A stretch of DNA of 64,000 nucleotides, taken from assembly GCA_951406725.2 (NCBI GenBank), contig OX597819.1, positions 71,548,001 through 71,612,000 of the forward strand, read 5' to 3'. Of the stretch, positions 40,361-53,250 are shown piece after piece (the stretch's first letter is position 1; each line of letters begins with the position of its first letter). The notes below the pieces were generated by a model that saw only the letters and a list, made by a program, of their open reading frames with translations, had not been told where the DNA came from and did not search any database. The DNA comes from Octopus vulgaris (lineage: Eukaryota). Position numbers and translations under genes: made by a program.

Positions 40361-41668
40361 GAGTTGAGACCAAATGGCGTATAAGAGCGAAGAGAGAAGA
40401 TTAATTCCTGTTCACGGCGCAAACGGGAATCCGGATGGCCTCTGTGTAAGGACAAACCGAACACAGACAGGTGTTGCAAGGAGTGACCGGTGGAGCGGAA
40501 ATGGCGTGAGACCGGTGTGTCGTTTGCAAGGTGGATGTCACGAAGGTGTTCCGTGAACCGGTCAGCCAAGCGGCGTCCCGTTTGTCCGATGTACAAGGAA
40601 TGGCAGAGAGAGCAAGAGACGCAATAGATAATATTGCTGGAGGTGCAGGTGAAGGAGTTGATGATGCGATAGGGTCGGTGATGGGTGCTAGTGAGGAGGG
40701 TGGTGTTGGAGAGGTAAGGGCAAGTGCGGCAACGTGGGCGGGAGCAGGGGAACGAGCCGGGTTGGGAGGTAGGGTCAGGGAAGGAGCTATGGACCAAAAG
40801 GTCTCGAAGGTTGTGGGCTCGTTTGAAAGAGGGGAGGGGTCGGTTAGGGAAGAGGTGTGAAGTGGACGGGTCGGACTGGAGATGACGGAAAGCTCGAAGA
40901 ATGGTGCGTTGGAGAGGTAGGGTCGTGGGGTGGTAAGTGAGGGGAAAAGGGAGGCGGGAGACTACAGGGCGGGTTCGGGGAGAGAGAGCAGATACACGGT
41001 CCACGGACCGTGCTCTGGCAAGGGCGGTGTGGATAGTTGTGAGGGGGTATCCACGTAGGGTGAAGTGGTGAGCCATACGTTGAGACTGAGTCTCAAAGTC
41101 ATGGTCGTCACTACAGAGCCTACGTAGACGGAGGAATTGGGAATAGGGGATGGAAAGCTTGGTGTGTTCTGGGTGGGAGGAAGAGAAGTTGAGGTATGAG
41201 TGTGAGTCTGTGTGTTTGTAGTGAATGGAGGTGGTAAGAGTGGAGTGAAGAATGCTAACCGAAATATCGAGGAAGGAGACAGAGGTGTTGGAGATAGTGG
41301 AAGTGAAGTGGAGGGCTGGATGGAAAGATTGGACGAAAGAGAGGAAGGAATCTAGATGTTCACGGGAGAGTGAGGTGGCACCGATAATGTCGTCAATGTA
41401 ACGACCATATAGTTCAGGAGTGGGACCAGTGAAATTAGAGAATATTTGGGTCCTCAACATAGCCAACGAACAGGTTCGCATAGTTGGGGCCCATTCGCGT
41501 TCCCATGGCCACTCCCGAGATCTGATGGTAGAACTCGCCCGCGAACGAGAAGCAGTTCAGAGTAAGGACAAGTTCGGCCAGACGAATGAGTTTGGAGGTG
41601 TCAGGTTCAGGGTTGGAGCGGAGGTCAAGAAAGTGTCGAAGGGCCTGCAGTCCTTCGTGGTGAGGGAT
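40361..41668 (-). pseudogene. Penelope RT plus GIY-YIG endonuclease, 5'-truncated, one frameshift near 41447
   Basis: IPHHEGL...QISGVAMGTRMGPNYANLFVG / RYIDDI / VSFLDI / SSHP..K.SIPYSQFLRLRRLCS / CSRPRCRTC / IIYCVSCSLCHSLYIGQTGRRLADRFTEH / PFGLN. Confidence 0.93.
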
Positions 41669-41691
41669 AACAATATATATATATATAAATA

Positions 41692-42023
41692 TAGGGATGG
41701 TTTTATTAAAATATTATTGAAATACCATCACAAGTGGTAAGCGAATTATTAGCCGTACAGGCAAATTAATAAAATATATACGTACAATATTAGATATGTA
41801 CATATATACACAAGGGTACTACATGAGTACCTATATCGCTAATGATAGAAGTAAAAAAATACTTCTGTACCACCGAATATTCACAAATCTGTTACAGACA
41901 AGATAGGAAAAATATCAGTGAAGAATAATAATGTCTTAAATGCTGGTCAACTCGGTACCGGTTTCGAAATTTAGCGCCAGCTAAGCGTGTGATTTCTCAT
42001 CAGCCAAAGTCCGCCAGCTAAAT

Positions 42024-42027
<4 letters not shown>
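41692..42027 (-). mobile_element. terminal-repeat fragment of a second Penelope family, between TA tracts
   Basis: contains a canonical hammerhead; ATAACAATATATAT direct repeat at about 41667 and 42022. Confidence 0.65.
41950..42010 (-). ncRNA. type-I hammerhead ribozyme with canonical core
   Basis: ACUUUGG-CUGAUGA-GAAAU-(loop)-AUUUC-GAAAC-CG-GUA-CCGAGU; palindromic ACCGGU stem III. Confidence 0.8.
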
Positions 42028-42082
<55 letters not shown>

Positions 42083-42089
42083 TTTTTTT

Positions 42090-42420
42090 TACTTTACTTA
42101 CACGTTCTTCGGTTACGAATAGCCATGGCATTGCCCCTAGAAAGTTTTCCTCCAAGACACAAGTGCGGACGAGATTGCTTCGTGGAAGACCGACAGTTAC
42201 CCATGAAGTTCTGTCTCCCCTCTCTCTGTGATACCGTTGTTATCCAAGGGAAAGGCAAAGGGGCCGATGCAGTTTGGCACCAGTGACGTCGCAACTCATT
42301 TCTAAAGCTGAGTGAACTGGAGCAACGTGAAACCAAGTGTCTTGCTCAAGGATACAACACACATCTCGGTCTAGGAATCATACTTACAACCGCACGATTG
42401 TGATTCCGACACCGTAATCA
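42090..42420 (-). mobile_element. CORE-type SINE
   Basis: TCCTTGAGCAAGACACTTGGTTTCACGTTGCTCCAGTTCACTCAGCT on the minus strand. Confidence 0.65.
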
Positions 42421-42425
42421 TACAC

Positions 42426-42501
<76 letters not shown>

Positions 42502-42805
42502 GCATACACACACAGACCAATAGAATAGGTACCAGGCTTAAAGAAGAATAAGTCCTGGAATCGATTCTTTTGATTAAATTCTTGAAGGCGGTGCTCCAGC
42601 ATGACCGCAATCTAATGACAAACAAATGATAAAAGATTAATTATAAGAACATATCTACTGAAAACAATTTATTAAATTTTCCCACGAATTATTCTAAAGT
42701 ATTATTCTAATTACTTTCACTCATTATCGTATCGATGGCACATCGATACGATGGTTTTTCTTTTAGAACTTGGCTTGCAAAATTCTTGAGGTGTTGAAGC
42801 AAATT

Positions 42806-43003
42806 TTGTTGTGTCTTGGGCAGTGTCATTATGCCAATAATAATAAACAAGCAACCTATTGATTGTTTAAATAATACATTAGAAAACGATCGATTACTTA
42901 GTTGGTTAGATATTCTACCAATTGACAAACAAGAAAGAAGTAATATTGAACCAGTGCGTGTGTTTGTTGCTATTAGTGTAATGACCCTCCCAAGACACAA
43001 CAA
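42806..43003. mobile_element. MITE-like element with ~25-bp TIRs
   Basis: TTGTTGTGTCTTGGGCAGTGTCATTA / TAATGACCCTCCCAAGACACAACAA. Confidence 0.6.
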
Positions 43004-43469
43004 GTGATAATTATTTTAATCACAAAAGACCTTACAAAAGTTAAATTCTAATTATTGTATGTAGGCCATATTTCCTGATATTACCCATGGTGACAAAATT
43101 ATAGTTCAAAATTTATCCGTGACAGGCGGGAAAGATCGTACTAGTAAAATAATATTCACTTTTATTTGATTCAGTATTTCAAATGGGAGAAGATATACGT
43201 TTTTCGTAGATCAAATCTGTGATAAAACTTCGAACTCAAATAGAAAATCTAATTTTAAAAATTCCATTTTTCTTCTGCTAATTCTTCTCTCAGACGGTCG
43301 TTTGTTTCGTCCTCTCATCTGCATTTAGTCATATTTTATGTTTCTAATGAAATTAAGAGGGGAACATTGCGTGTATGAGATTCTCGATTGTCCTTACGAA
43401 ACGTCTACTCTTCAGGAAGGAAAGTTTTTCATACAGCATTACGCTACCATATTCAGTATACATACATAC

Positions 43470-43612
<143 letters not shown>

Positions 43613-43632
43613 CCTATCTATCTATCTATCTA

Positions 43633-43679
<47 letters not shown>

Positions 43680-43765
43680 TCACAAACACTCACTCCACAC
43701 ACACATGTAAATACATGTACATATGTGCTCTTATATACATAGACATATATACATACGTATGTATG

Positions 43766-43797
<32 letters not shown>

Positions 43798-44431
43798 TAT
43801 AAAGACAGAAAGAGAGAGAAGGAGAGAGAGAGACCCTTGTTTATATAGTCTATGAGAATATTACCCCACAGTCTCTATTGTTCACTTTCTTTCTCCTACT
43901 CTTTCTCTCTCCGCTTGCTCTCTCTTCCTCGCTCTCTTTCTATCTCTATCTCTATCTTCCCCTCTCTCTCTCCCCTCTCTCTCCCCTCTCTCTCCCCTCT
44001 CTCTCCTCTCTCTCCTCTCTCTCTCCCCTCTCTCTCTCTCCCTCTCTATTTAAGTCTTCATTCATTTTAATCACTTATTTGTATGTGGAATCTCAACGAA
44101 ATGGACGTCGGGGCATTAACCGAGAGATTTATTCTCAGCGTTCATATAGGTTCCCGGATATCTACCGGTCTTCACACGAAACTACCCTATTAAGTCCATT
44201 ACTGAGCTCGTAAAAGCACTGCCAGTACTGTGTGGAAATTATATAAGGAAGCGATAAACTCAGATATGTCGTTGGTAAAAGTAATGAAATAAGAAAAGAA
44301 GAAATTCGTTTTGTTGAGAGAGACCCAAACTTTTATATACAGGAATCAAGAAAAGATTCAAAGAAAAAACTAGAGCATTCGGATTTATCTTTATACATAC
44401 ATACACACGTACATACGTACATAAATACAGG

Positions 44432-44518
<87 letters not shown>

Positions 44519-44519
<1 letters not shown>

Positions 44520-44720
44520 CGGAGAGTTTACGAAAAAAAAACAAAAGACTAAGACAGGTGGTGTACAAAACAAACAGATGTATTATTATAACGCCCAGAA
44601 ATAGAAAAAGTCTTTTACGTTTCGAGCCTACGCTCTTCTACAGAAAGAGACACAGAAAAAACAAGGAGAGAAACAAGGAGAGAAAAAATGTATGTAGTGG
44701 CTAACGATCTATCATGGCGA
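44519..44720 (-). mobile_element. ~200-bp solo Penelope terminal-repeat unit with hammerhead (44611-44648)
   Basis: homologous to 39555-39762; UCUUU-CUGUAGA-A-GAGC-GUAG-GCUC-GAAAC-GUA-AAAGA; abuts (TA)n. Confidence 0.8.
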
Positions 44721-44749
44721 GATGTATATGTATATGTATGTGTGTGTGC

Positions 44750-44951
44750 ATTCTTTTACGTGTTTCATTCATCTGACTGCGACGATGCTGGAGCATCGCG
44801 TCTAGTCGAACAAATCGTTCCTAGCACTTATTCTTTAGAATTCTTCTATCCGTTTCATTTTGCCAAACTGCTAAGTTACAGAGACGTAAACATACCAGCA
44901 TCGGTTGTCGAGCAACGGTGAGGGGACAAACAGACACACACACACACACAT

Positions 44952-45001
<50 letters not shown>

Positions 45002-45162
45002 GACGGGCTTCTTTCAGTTTCCGTCTACCATATCCACTCACATGGCTTTGGTCGGCCCGAGGCTATAGTAGAAGACACTTGTCCAAGGTCCTACGCAGTG
45101 GACAGAACGCGAAACCATGTGGTTGGGAAGAAAGCCTCTTACCACACAACCACACCTGCATA
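44750..45162 (-). mobile_element. SINE family B
   Basis: similarity to other B copies. Confidence 0.8.
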
Positions 45163-45209
45163 TAGGTGCAGAAGTGGCTCGGTGCTAAGAAGATTTCTAC
45201 CCAACCAAA

Positions 45210-45724
45210 TGGTTTCTGATCTTATGTGATTGGAAGTGTTATCATGTACATTGTTTTGTCTTGGTATAAAAGATGGGCAAATATTCTGCTCAATACCACA
45301 GATTTGCTTGTCAATTGTTTGACCTTAACCAGTTGAGAATGTCCCTTAGTGGCTGATGATATGTGCATCTCTGATCATGAGCAGAAGTAGTGGGGTAGCA
45401 TCATAGCCGTGTGTTGAAAGGAATTCTTAGAGGTCTGTATAATTCACCTTTGGAAACACCTTTGGTTCGTTCAACATCTTTAAACAATCCTTATTCAGGG
45501 ACCTTTTGAGCGGCACGGGCTACTCGACCAGAAGAAAATTCTAACTGGGCCCCACCTGCAAGGTTATGTGCTGTTTATCTTGATATGAGATCACCATGTT
45601 GTGTACATATGGTTGTGATGCATGTACCTGGTATACCCTTATCAGACGGGTAGTCATGATGGGTATATTGGGCTTCGTATATTTTACCCCAGTGTCACTT
45701 TGATTGCATGCACTGCTCTCTCAC

Positions 45725-45725
<1 letters not shown>
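45210..45725 (+). mobile_element. non-coding interspersed element ending in (TAA)n, possibly a non-autonomous Dong/R4 partner
   Basis: second partial copy at 29935-30058; 3' end CTCTCTCACT runs directly into a long (TAA)n. Confidence 0.6.
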
Positions 45726-45791
<66 letters not shown>

Positions 45792-45798
45792 CAACAAC

Positions 45799-45848
<50 letters not shown>

Positions 45849-45878
45849 CAACAACAATAATAATAATAATAATAATAA

Positions 45879-45929
<51 letters not shown>

Positions 45930-46602
45930 GTTTTTCTTTAATAATATAATATCGTAGACATAATGAAGACAAATGCATAGAATGGTCTAAGACAATGAAA
46001 ATATTTGATGAAGAAGTTAGCGGATGGGGTTGGGGTACGTAACAGCTTAGTTGAGAAGTTTGGCATGGAAACCATTACAAGAGAAATGTTATAAAACGAT
46101 AAGAAATATTTAAAAGACAAAGAAAAGTAACGAAAAAAAATAATAAATATAAACAGACGTGAAGAAAGATTGGTTATAGTTAACAGTCTTAGAATAAATG
46201 GACGAATTTATTTTCTTAGTTGGCATGGCATCAATTGTAAAATGAAATATGTCGCTTTTCATAACAGAACCGTTTGATTCTAGATTCTTCTCAAGCAAAA
46301 ATTAACGTTACTTTGAAAGATACTAAATGGATGAACAATAGTATGAAGAACTTAGCGTTTTGTGGTTGATATTGTTGTCGTTGTTGTTGTTATTGTTATT
46401 ATTTTTTATGTTTTATTCTATTTTCTTTCTGTTGATCTTAGTTTAATATGAAGTAACTTATTTGAGTCCCAATAATTCCTTTTTATTTTCTTTTAGCAAC
46501 ACCTTCAGAACAAAAAATAAATCAACAATAATAAAAGAAAAAAAACATTTCTAATTTCTTATGCAAATCTTATGCAGATCTTAAGCAGGTTTTTCATCAG
46601 CA

Positions 46603-46708
46603 TCTTCTTCTTCTTCTTCTTCTTCTTCTTCTTCTTCTTCTTCTTCTTCTTCTTCTTCTTCTTCTTCTTCTTCTTCTTCTTCTTCTTCTTCTTCTTCTTC
46701 TTCTTCTT

Positions 46709-46777
<69 letters not shown>

Positions 46778-47245
46778 TGCTGCTTTTCTTTTATCCTTTT
46801 CTTTTCTCATTTGTCTGTCTCTCCCCTCCTCTGCCTCCTCCTCCTCCCCTCTCTTCCTTCATCGTCCTCATCTTTTTCTTCTTCCCCTACACCTCCTCCT
46901 CCCATTCATGCTTCTCTTCAGCCTCGCCATCATCATCATCATCGTCACATTCTTCTTCTTCTTCTTCTTCTTCTCCTTCTTCTTCTTCTCCTTCTTCTTC
47001 TTCTCCTTCTTCTCCTTCTTCTTCTTTTTCTTCTTCTTTTACTTCTTCTTCTTCTTCTTCTTCTTCTCCTTCTTCTTCTCCTTCTTCTCCTTCTTCTTCT
47101 TCTTCTTCTTCTTCTTCTTCTACTTCTTCTCCTTCTTCTTCTACTTCTTCTCCTCCTCCTCCTTCTTCTTCTTCTTCTTCTTCTTCTTCTTCTTCTCCTC
47201 CTTCTACTTCGTCCTTTTCGTCTTCTCCTCCTCTGCTTCCTCTTC
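46603..47245. repeat. (TTC)n/(TAC)n/(TCC)n polypyrimidine compound repeat
   Basis: direct reading. Confidence 0.95.
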
Positions 47246-47773
47246 TCTCCTCTCGTTTCTTTCTTTAGCAGCTATTTGAGGAAGTCAAAAACGATTGACC
47301 GGCAAAGTTTTTCTCTCTAACTTATAAACGATCGATGAAACTGTCAAATTATTTCAGAAACTTATCTATCAAAAACCATAAAGAAAAAACATATTCCAAA
47401 ATGGAAATCGCACCAAGATAGAGAGATTTTCTGAGTTTGCAATTCATTTGAAGTGAAACGTTAAAATGATAATATCGGAAAATAAACATCATCATCATCA
47501 TCATCTTTATCATCATCATCATCAACAATAGGAAGGGCAACAACAAGAGCAAGTACGATATTTCCATCACCAACGATAGCAACAATCAAACTGCCAAACC
47601 ATAAAATGAAATATTTAATATGTAAAATGCTATTTGAAATGACATGTTCTGCGTTGAATCACTTAGTGAGCCACACACACACACACATACACATACACAT
47701 ATATATATACACATGCATGCATACATGCATATATATATATACACATACATAATGTAATATATGTATATATATG

Positions 47774-47839
<66 letters not shown>

Positions 47840-47899
47840 CAGACACACAGAAAATGTAATATATATATACACATACGTATATATATATATATATATATG

Positions 47900-47935
<36 letters not shown>

Positions 47936-47995
47936 CATCCAGATTATGTAACATATATATATGTATATATATGTATATATATATGTATATATATG

Positions 47996-48048
<53 letters not shown>

Positions 48049-48579
48049 AAATATATATTTATAGATACATACATTGTAACACAAATTAACACCTGGGAAG
48101 TGTTTATTACAAACAATATCAACTAGTTTCGCTATGCAAGCACGAATTGAAGATAGACAATGCGAATAAAATCCGTTGATGGCAGTCGAAATATGCATTA
48201 AACACTTGTCAGCAGATATCATTACTGATTGCAGCTTAATGAGTATGTATTTAGGTTCCTTTAACAATAAACATTAAACCAGCTTTTAACAAAAGTGTCT
48301 CTATACTGTGCGTTCTCTCTTACTTAGTACTTAATTTGTCAGCCACTTAACACTGCTGTCGGAGCTCATTTACTAATGTCGAAAGTAGTTCGGTATCTCA
48401 TCGTCTTTTAATTCGATGTTTTCCACGAAAAATTAACAATGGGGATATGGATATAAATTATAAATAATTCGTATTTACACCTGAACGTGAGAGAGGAAAT
48501 TGAAGGAACAGCATGATACCATCATTAACTTTTCACAGAAGTGAATATTATGTAGTATATACACATAACACATACATAC

Positions 48580-48646
<67 letters not shown>

Positions 48647-48664
48647 ATATTATATATATGTATG

Positions 48665-48696
<32 letters not shown>

Positions 48697-49247
48697 TGTA
48701 TGTATGTATGTATGTATGTATTATGCATATATACGTACGCGCACACACACACGCACTTAAGCGTACGTACGTACATAGATACATATAATTATATTTATAT
48801 TTATATTTACATATAATTATATATTTCTTGTATCCATACGTGGTGTAAATTCGTAAGACATTCTAAACACACATAACACTCACGCACAAACATATATGTA
48901 CTAAAGAGTCACATTCGTAAGTGGCTATTTAGTAAGAACAAAAGTGCATGTGTATCTATCTGAATATACGCACACTTCCAACGAACCAGAGAGATAGAAA
49001 GCCCAGGAAATGTCTTTTTCTTCGCGACCAGCTTCAGCTCCATCTAAGATAAACTTAAAATCATTCTCAATGGGAAACAGACGTCCAAGATCGTCTGTCT
49101 TTCATCTTTTACTTGTTTTTGTCCTCAGACTGCGGCCATGCTGCACCACAGTCTTGAAGAATTTTTAATCGAATATATCGACTCCACTACTTAGTTTTTT
49201 TAAAGCCTGGAAATTTATTCTCTCGGTCCTTTTCATTGAAGCACTGA

Positions 49248-49426
49248 CGCCATAATATAGCGTTTTATTCTCTCCTTGTTTTTTTCTGTGTCCCTTTCTG
49301 TCGAAGAGCGCAGGCTCAAAACGTAAAAGACTTTTTCTATTTCTATTCCTGAGCGCTATACTGATACATTTGTTTGTTTGTACTCCACCTGCCTTCGTCT
49401 TTTGTCTATTTTCGTAAACTTTCCCG

Positions 49427-49428
<2 letters not shown>
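49248..49428 (+). mobile_element. solo Penelope terminal-repeat unit with degenerate hammerhead (49293-49330)
   Basis: CUUU-CUGUCGA-A-GAGC-GCAG-GCUC-AAAAC-GUA-AAAG; ends TTTCCCGT|(TA)n like 39555. Confidence 0.75.
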
Positions 49429-50036
<608 letters not shown>

Positions 50037-50039
<3 letters not shown>

Positions 50040-52385
50040 AACTTAGATAAACTTAGATATGTTTCGACCAAAGATTGGTCCAGGCCATGTGTAACTTAAT
50101 AGCACCACCTGATAGGATTATTTGAATCCTGTTTAAGTCAAGTTTTGTTTATGGACCATTCAAGTAGTGAGTTTTTGTTGGATGAGTTGTATCCAATTAT
50201 GGGTGGTTTATTTGGTAGTCTTTGAAGGAATCTATCCAGACTCCGTTTAAAGTTGATAGGATCCTTTTCCTCTTTGATCTCTTTCGGGACAATGTTAAAT
50301 AGGGCAGGTCCTGTTGAGGAAAAGAAATTATGTCGCAGTGTACATATATGCTGTGATCTTGAATTGGGCAGGGGACGTATGGCCCGTGGTCCCAGTTTTG
50401 GATGAACCTTGAAGCTAATGTTCAGGTCGTTTGGGCAAAGTTGGCGGTATATTCTCCACATCGTACAAATGACGTACCGCTCACGGCGACGCTGGAGAGA
50501 GTAGAGTTTCAAGGCTTTAAGGCGATCCCAAAAATCGAGAGCAGCCATGCCTTCAATTCGTTTAGTGAGTGTCCTCTGGGGTGATTCAATCCTCGAGATG
50601 TTTTGTCTTGTATGGGGAGACCACAGTGGGCAGCAATATTCGAGGTGTGGCCGTACAAATGAGGAGAAAAGTGGTATGATGACACCTTGTTCTCTGGACC
50701 GGAAAGTTCTTAAGATCCAGGAACTCATCCTACGAGCTATATCGACCTTCTTGTTGATGTGTGCACTCCAACTGAGATCGTCATCAACAATTACACCCAG
50801 GTCTCTGATATTGTTAGATGCTGTGAGCGGTTCCCCTGAAGGAAGATAGTATGGCTGTTTTAGTGAGGAATTTCTTCCTAAATGCATCAGCTCAAATTTT
50901 CCCTCGTTCAGTTGCATTTTGTTTCTGTCTGCCCATTGACTCACAGCATATAGATCAGACTGGAGTTGAGTTCGGTCTGCTTCTTCATTGACGATTTGTT
51001 GGAGCTTAGTGTCATCAACAAATATTTTCACTTTGCAGTAATGTACGACACTGGAAAGGTCGTTTATGTAAATTATGAAGAGTAGCGGACCCAAGACAGT
51101 CCCCTGGGGGACACCGCTGGTGACTTTTGCTGGCCTTGAGTGGACTCCATCAACTACAACATGTTGTGTTCTATTCGCCAAGAAATACTTAATCCAGTGT
51201 AGAACTTTTCCACGGATTCCAACATTTGCCAATTTTGAAAGTAGGATATTATGGTCTACTCTGTCGAACGCTTTACTGAAGTCAAGATATTTGACATCAG
51301 AGTTCGAACATGTTCTCAAGGCTTTGAGTACATCTTCAATGTGGTGTAAGAGCTGTGTTAGACAGTCCCTGCCACAGCGAAAGCCATGCTGATTTGCATT
51401 TAGGAGTTTGGGGGTCTCCAGGAAGTCAGCTATCCTTGATCTTAACACTCATTCAAACACTTTAATGATGTGGAAGGTGAGTGAGATTGGGCAATAGTTG
51501 AGTGCGAGGGATATGTTTCCCTGTTTGAAAACCGGGATGACTGACTGGGATAGAAACTGTTTCGGTATATAACCTGCGTCTAACGAATTTCTCCAGACGT
51601 TGGTCAGAGGGACTGCAAGTTGGTGTCTACATTCCTTCAGGAGACTAGCGGGGAATCTATCAGGGCCTACAGCAGAGTAGTGTTTGACCTCATTTATTGC
51701 TGCTATGATGTCAGTGGCAGTGAAGGTTATGTCTGAGATGTTATGTTGGGAGTCAACTTCGTTCGCTTCTCTTACGTCAATATCAGTAGGAACACTAAAG
51801 ACAGAGCAGTATTTTTTCTGCAGTATTTCTGCCATTTCTTTAGCATCATGTTTGGGAATGCCGTTATCATCAATCAATGGCCCAATGGGTGAGACAGTGG
51901 TTCTATGCTTATTTGCATAAGAATAGAACACTTTTGGGTTCTGTTTGATGTTTTTGATTACCCACTGTTCCTCCACAGCTCTTTGATTTTCAATGGAGGT
52001 TTTCATGTCGGTCTGCAGATGAAGTTTTTCCAGCTCTAGCCTTTTCATTGTTGTTGAATGTGGATGTTATGTGTGGGAATATTTTAATTGGTTGATTTTT
52101 TTGTTGAGTCTTTTGATGCGCCTGATGAGTGTTTTTTTTTCTTTTTAGGGAGCCGGTTTCTGTTTATGTTAGTAGATTTCGTGGGAGCGTGTTTAGAGCA
52201 TGTATAGGTGACAATGTTTTCAAAGTGCTGCCATGCGGTCTCAATATGGGTGGAATTGAGAGTAAAAGACCAGTCGATGAAAGACAGATCCTTTCTGATT
52301 GGAAGTTTATGTTGTCAAATGAGTGCCATGGAGTGGGATTGGCTGGTTTGGTTTTTATATGTCGGGAATTAAAATTGCAGAGTAC
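50037..52385 (-). mobile_element. 5'-truncated CR1/L2-group LINE flanked by (TA)n
   Basis: RT ORF; 3' stem-loop GACCA-ATCTT-TGGTC-GAAAC; (ATCTAAGTTT)2 tail. Confidence 0.92.
50138..52385 (-). pseudogene. LINE ORF2 (reverse transcriptase), disrupted by an in-frame stop at about 51449 and upstream frameshifts
   Basis: GPD, NYCPISLT, NQHGFR, YLDFSKAFDRVDH, GVPQGTVLGPLLF, FVDD, RDLGV, VRPHLEYC motifs. Confidence 0.93.
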
Positions 52386-52401
52386 CATGGTTCTGTCTAC
52401 G

Positions 52402-52438
<37 letters not shown>

Positions 52439-52492
52439 AAAAATGAAGTTCGAAAATGCTGCTGTATTATACAATTTTTAATTTTTATATAT

Positions 52493-52540
52493 ACATTATA
52501 ACATGTTTCAGTTCCTGAAATGAACCTTATCAAAAAAAGT
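52493..52540 (-). ncRNA. hammerhead-like motif with U3-A8 core
   Basis: UUGAUAA-GGUUC-AUUUCAG-GAACU-GAAAC-AU-GUU; palindromic AACAUGUU; stem I only 5 of 7 paired. Confidence 0.55.
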
Positions 52541-52909
52541 TATATATAAAAAGAGACAGCTCATGCCGTCAAACACAAGAAATTCATTTATAATACACAA
52601 CGGAGTCAGACATCTTAGAGTTCATGTATAGTTGATATATAGTTCATGTATAGTTGATATATAGTTTGAAGTATATGTTCAAAGTGTTCGATGCAGTGGC
52701 CCACGGTGGCGATACGTATTCAATACAAAAAACAGATCAAAGTGGTGGAAAGCGGTCAATACAGAAGATTGATGTTTCCGAAAGAGCGAGGAATTCATTT
52801 TTACCTTAAGCAATTGTGATGACCCATGGTGGAAGTCGCTGGGCGGTTCTTGTGAGTTTTTGTGAAATGCTCGGTTTTATAATGCCTGTTAGGTGGTCAA
52901 TCTAGCGTA

Positions 52910-53250
52910 GCGTGACGTCATCAATGTTTTGACCAATCGTTTCGTTAGGTGACTTTAATCAAGTGGAACGGGACGTCATCATTATTTTGACCAATCGCTG
53001 CATTATAACTCCCTCTTGTTTGTTTCCTGTCTTGACCAGTCGCTTCGTTAGTCAAGCATAGCGGGACGTCATCCAGATTCTGCCCAATCACGACTTATAG
53101 CTACATTAGATCTGCCCCCTGTCTGTACTTGTTAGGTGACTATTCAAGCAGAAAAGGACGTCATCAATATTCTGACTAATGACTGTCCCCTGTTTGTATC
53201 CTGTCCATTCTAGCAGAGCTAGACGTCATCAACTTGTTGACCAATCAGAA
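52910..53250. promoter_or_regulatory. array of five GACGTCATC...CCAAT composite motifs in the Penelope 3' region
   Basis: units at about 52914, 52972, 53065, 53157 and 53222 with near-constant spacing. Confidence 0.5.

Larger units (their letters stand above)
39555..41670 (-). mobile_element. 5'-truncated Penelope-like element (Neptune-like), flanked by (TA)n
   Basis: RT and GIY-YIG coding region, pyrimidine-rich 3' region, (TATTAGTATG)n, terminal repeat with hammerhead motif. Confidence 0.93.

Noticed and set aside
42727-42753. 12-bp hairpin followed by a T-run resembling an intrinsic terminator
   Set aside because: Eukaryotic repeat-rich DNA with no upstream gene; probably a chance or transposon-derived hairpin.
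51446-51451. In-frame TGA in the LINE RT as possible selenocysteine or readthrough
   Set aside because: It falls at a position normally Arg (KVFER); other disabling changes exist upstream; simple nonsense mutation.
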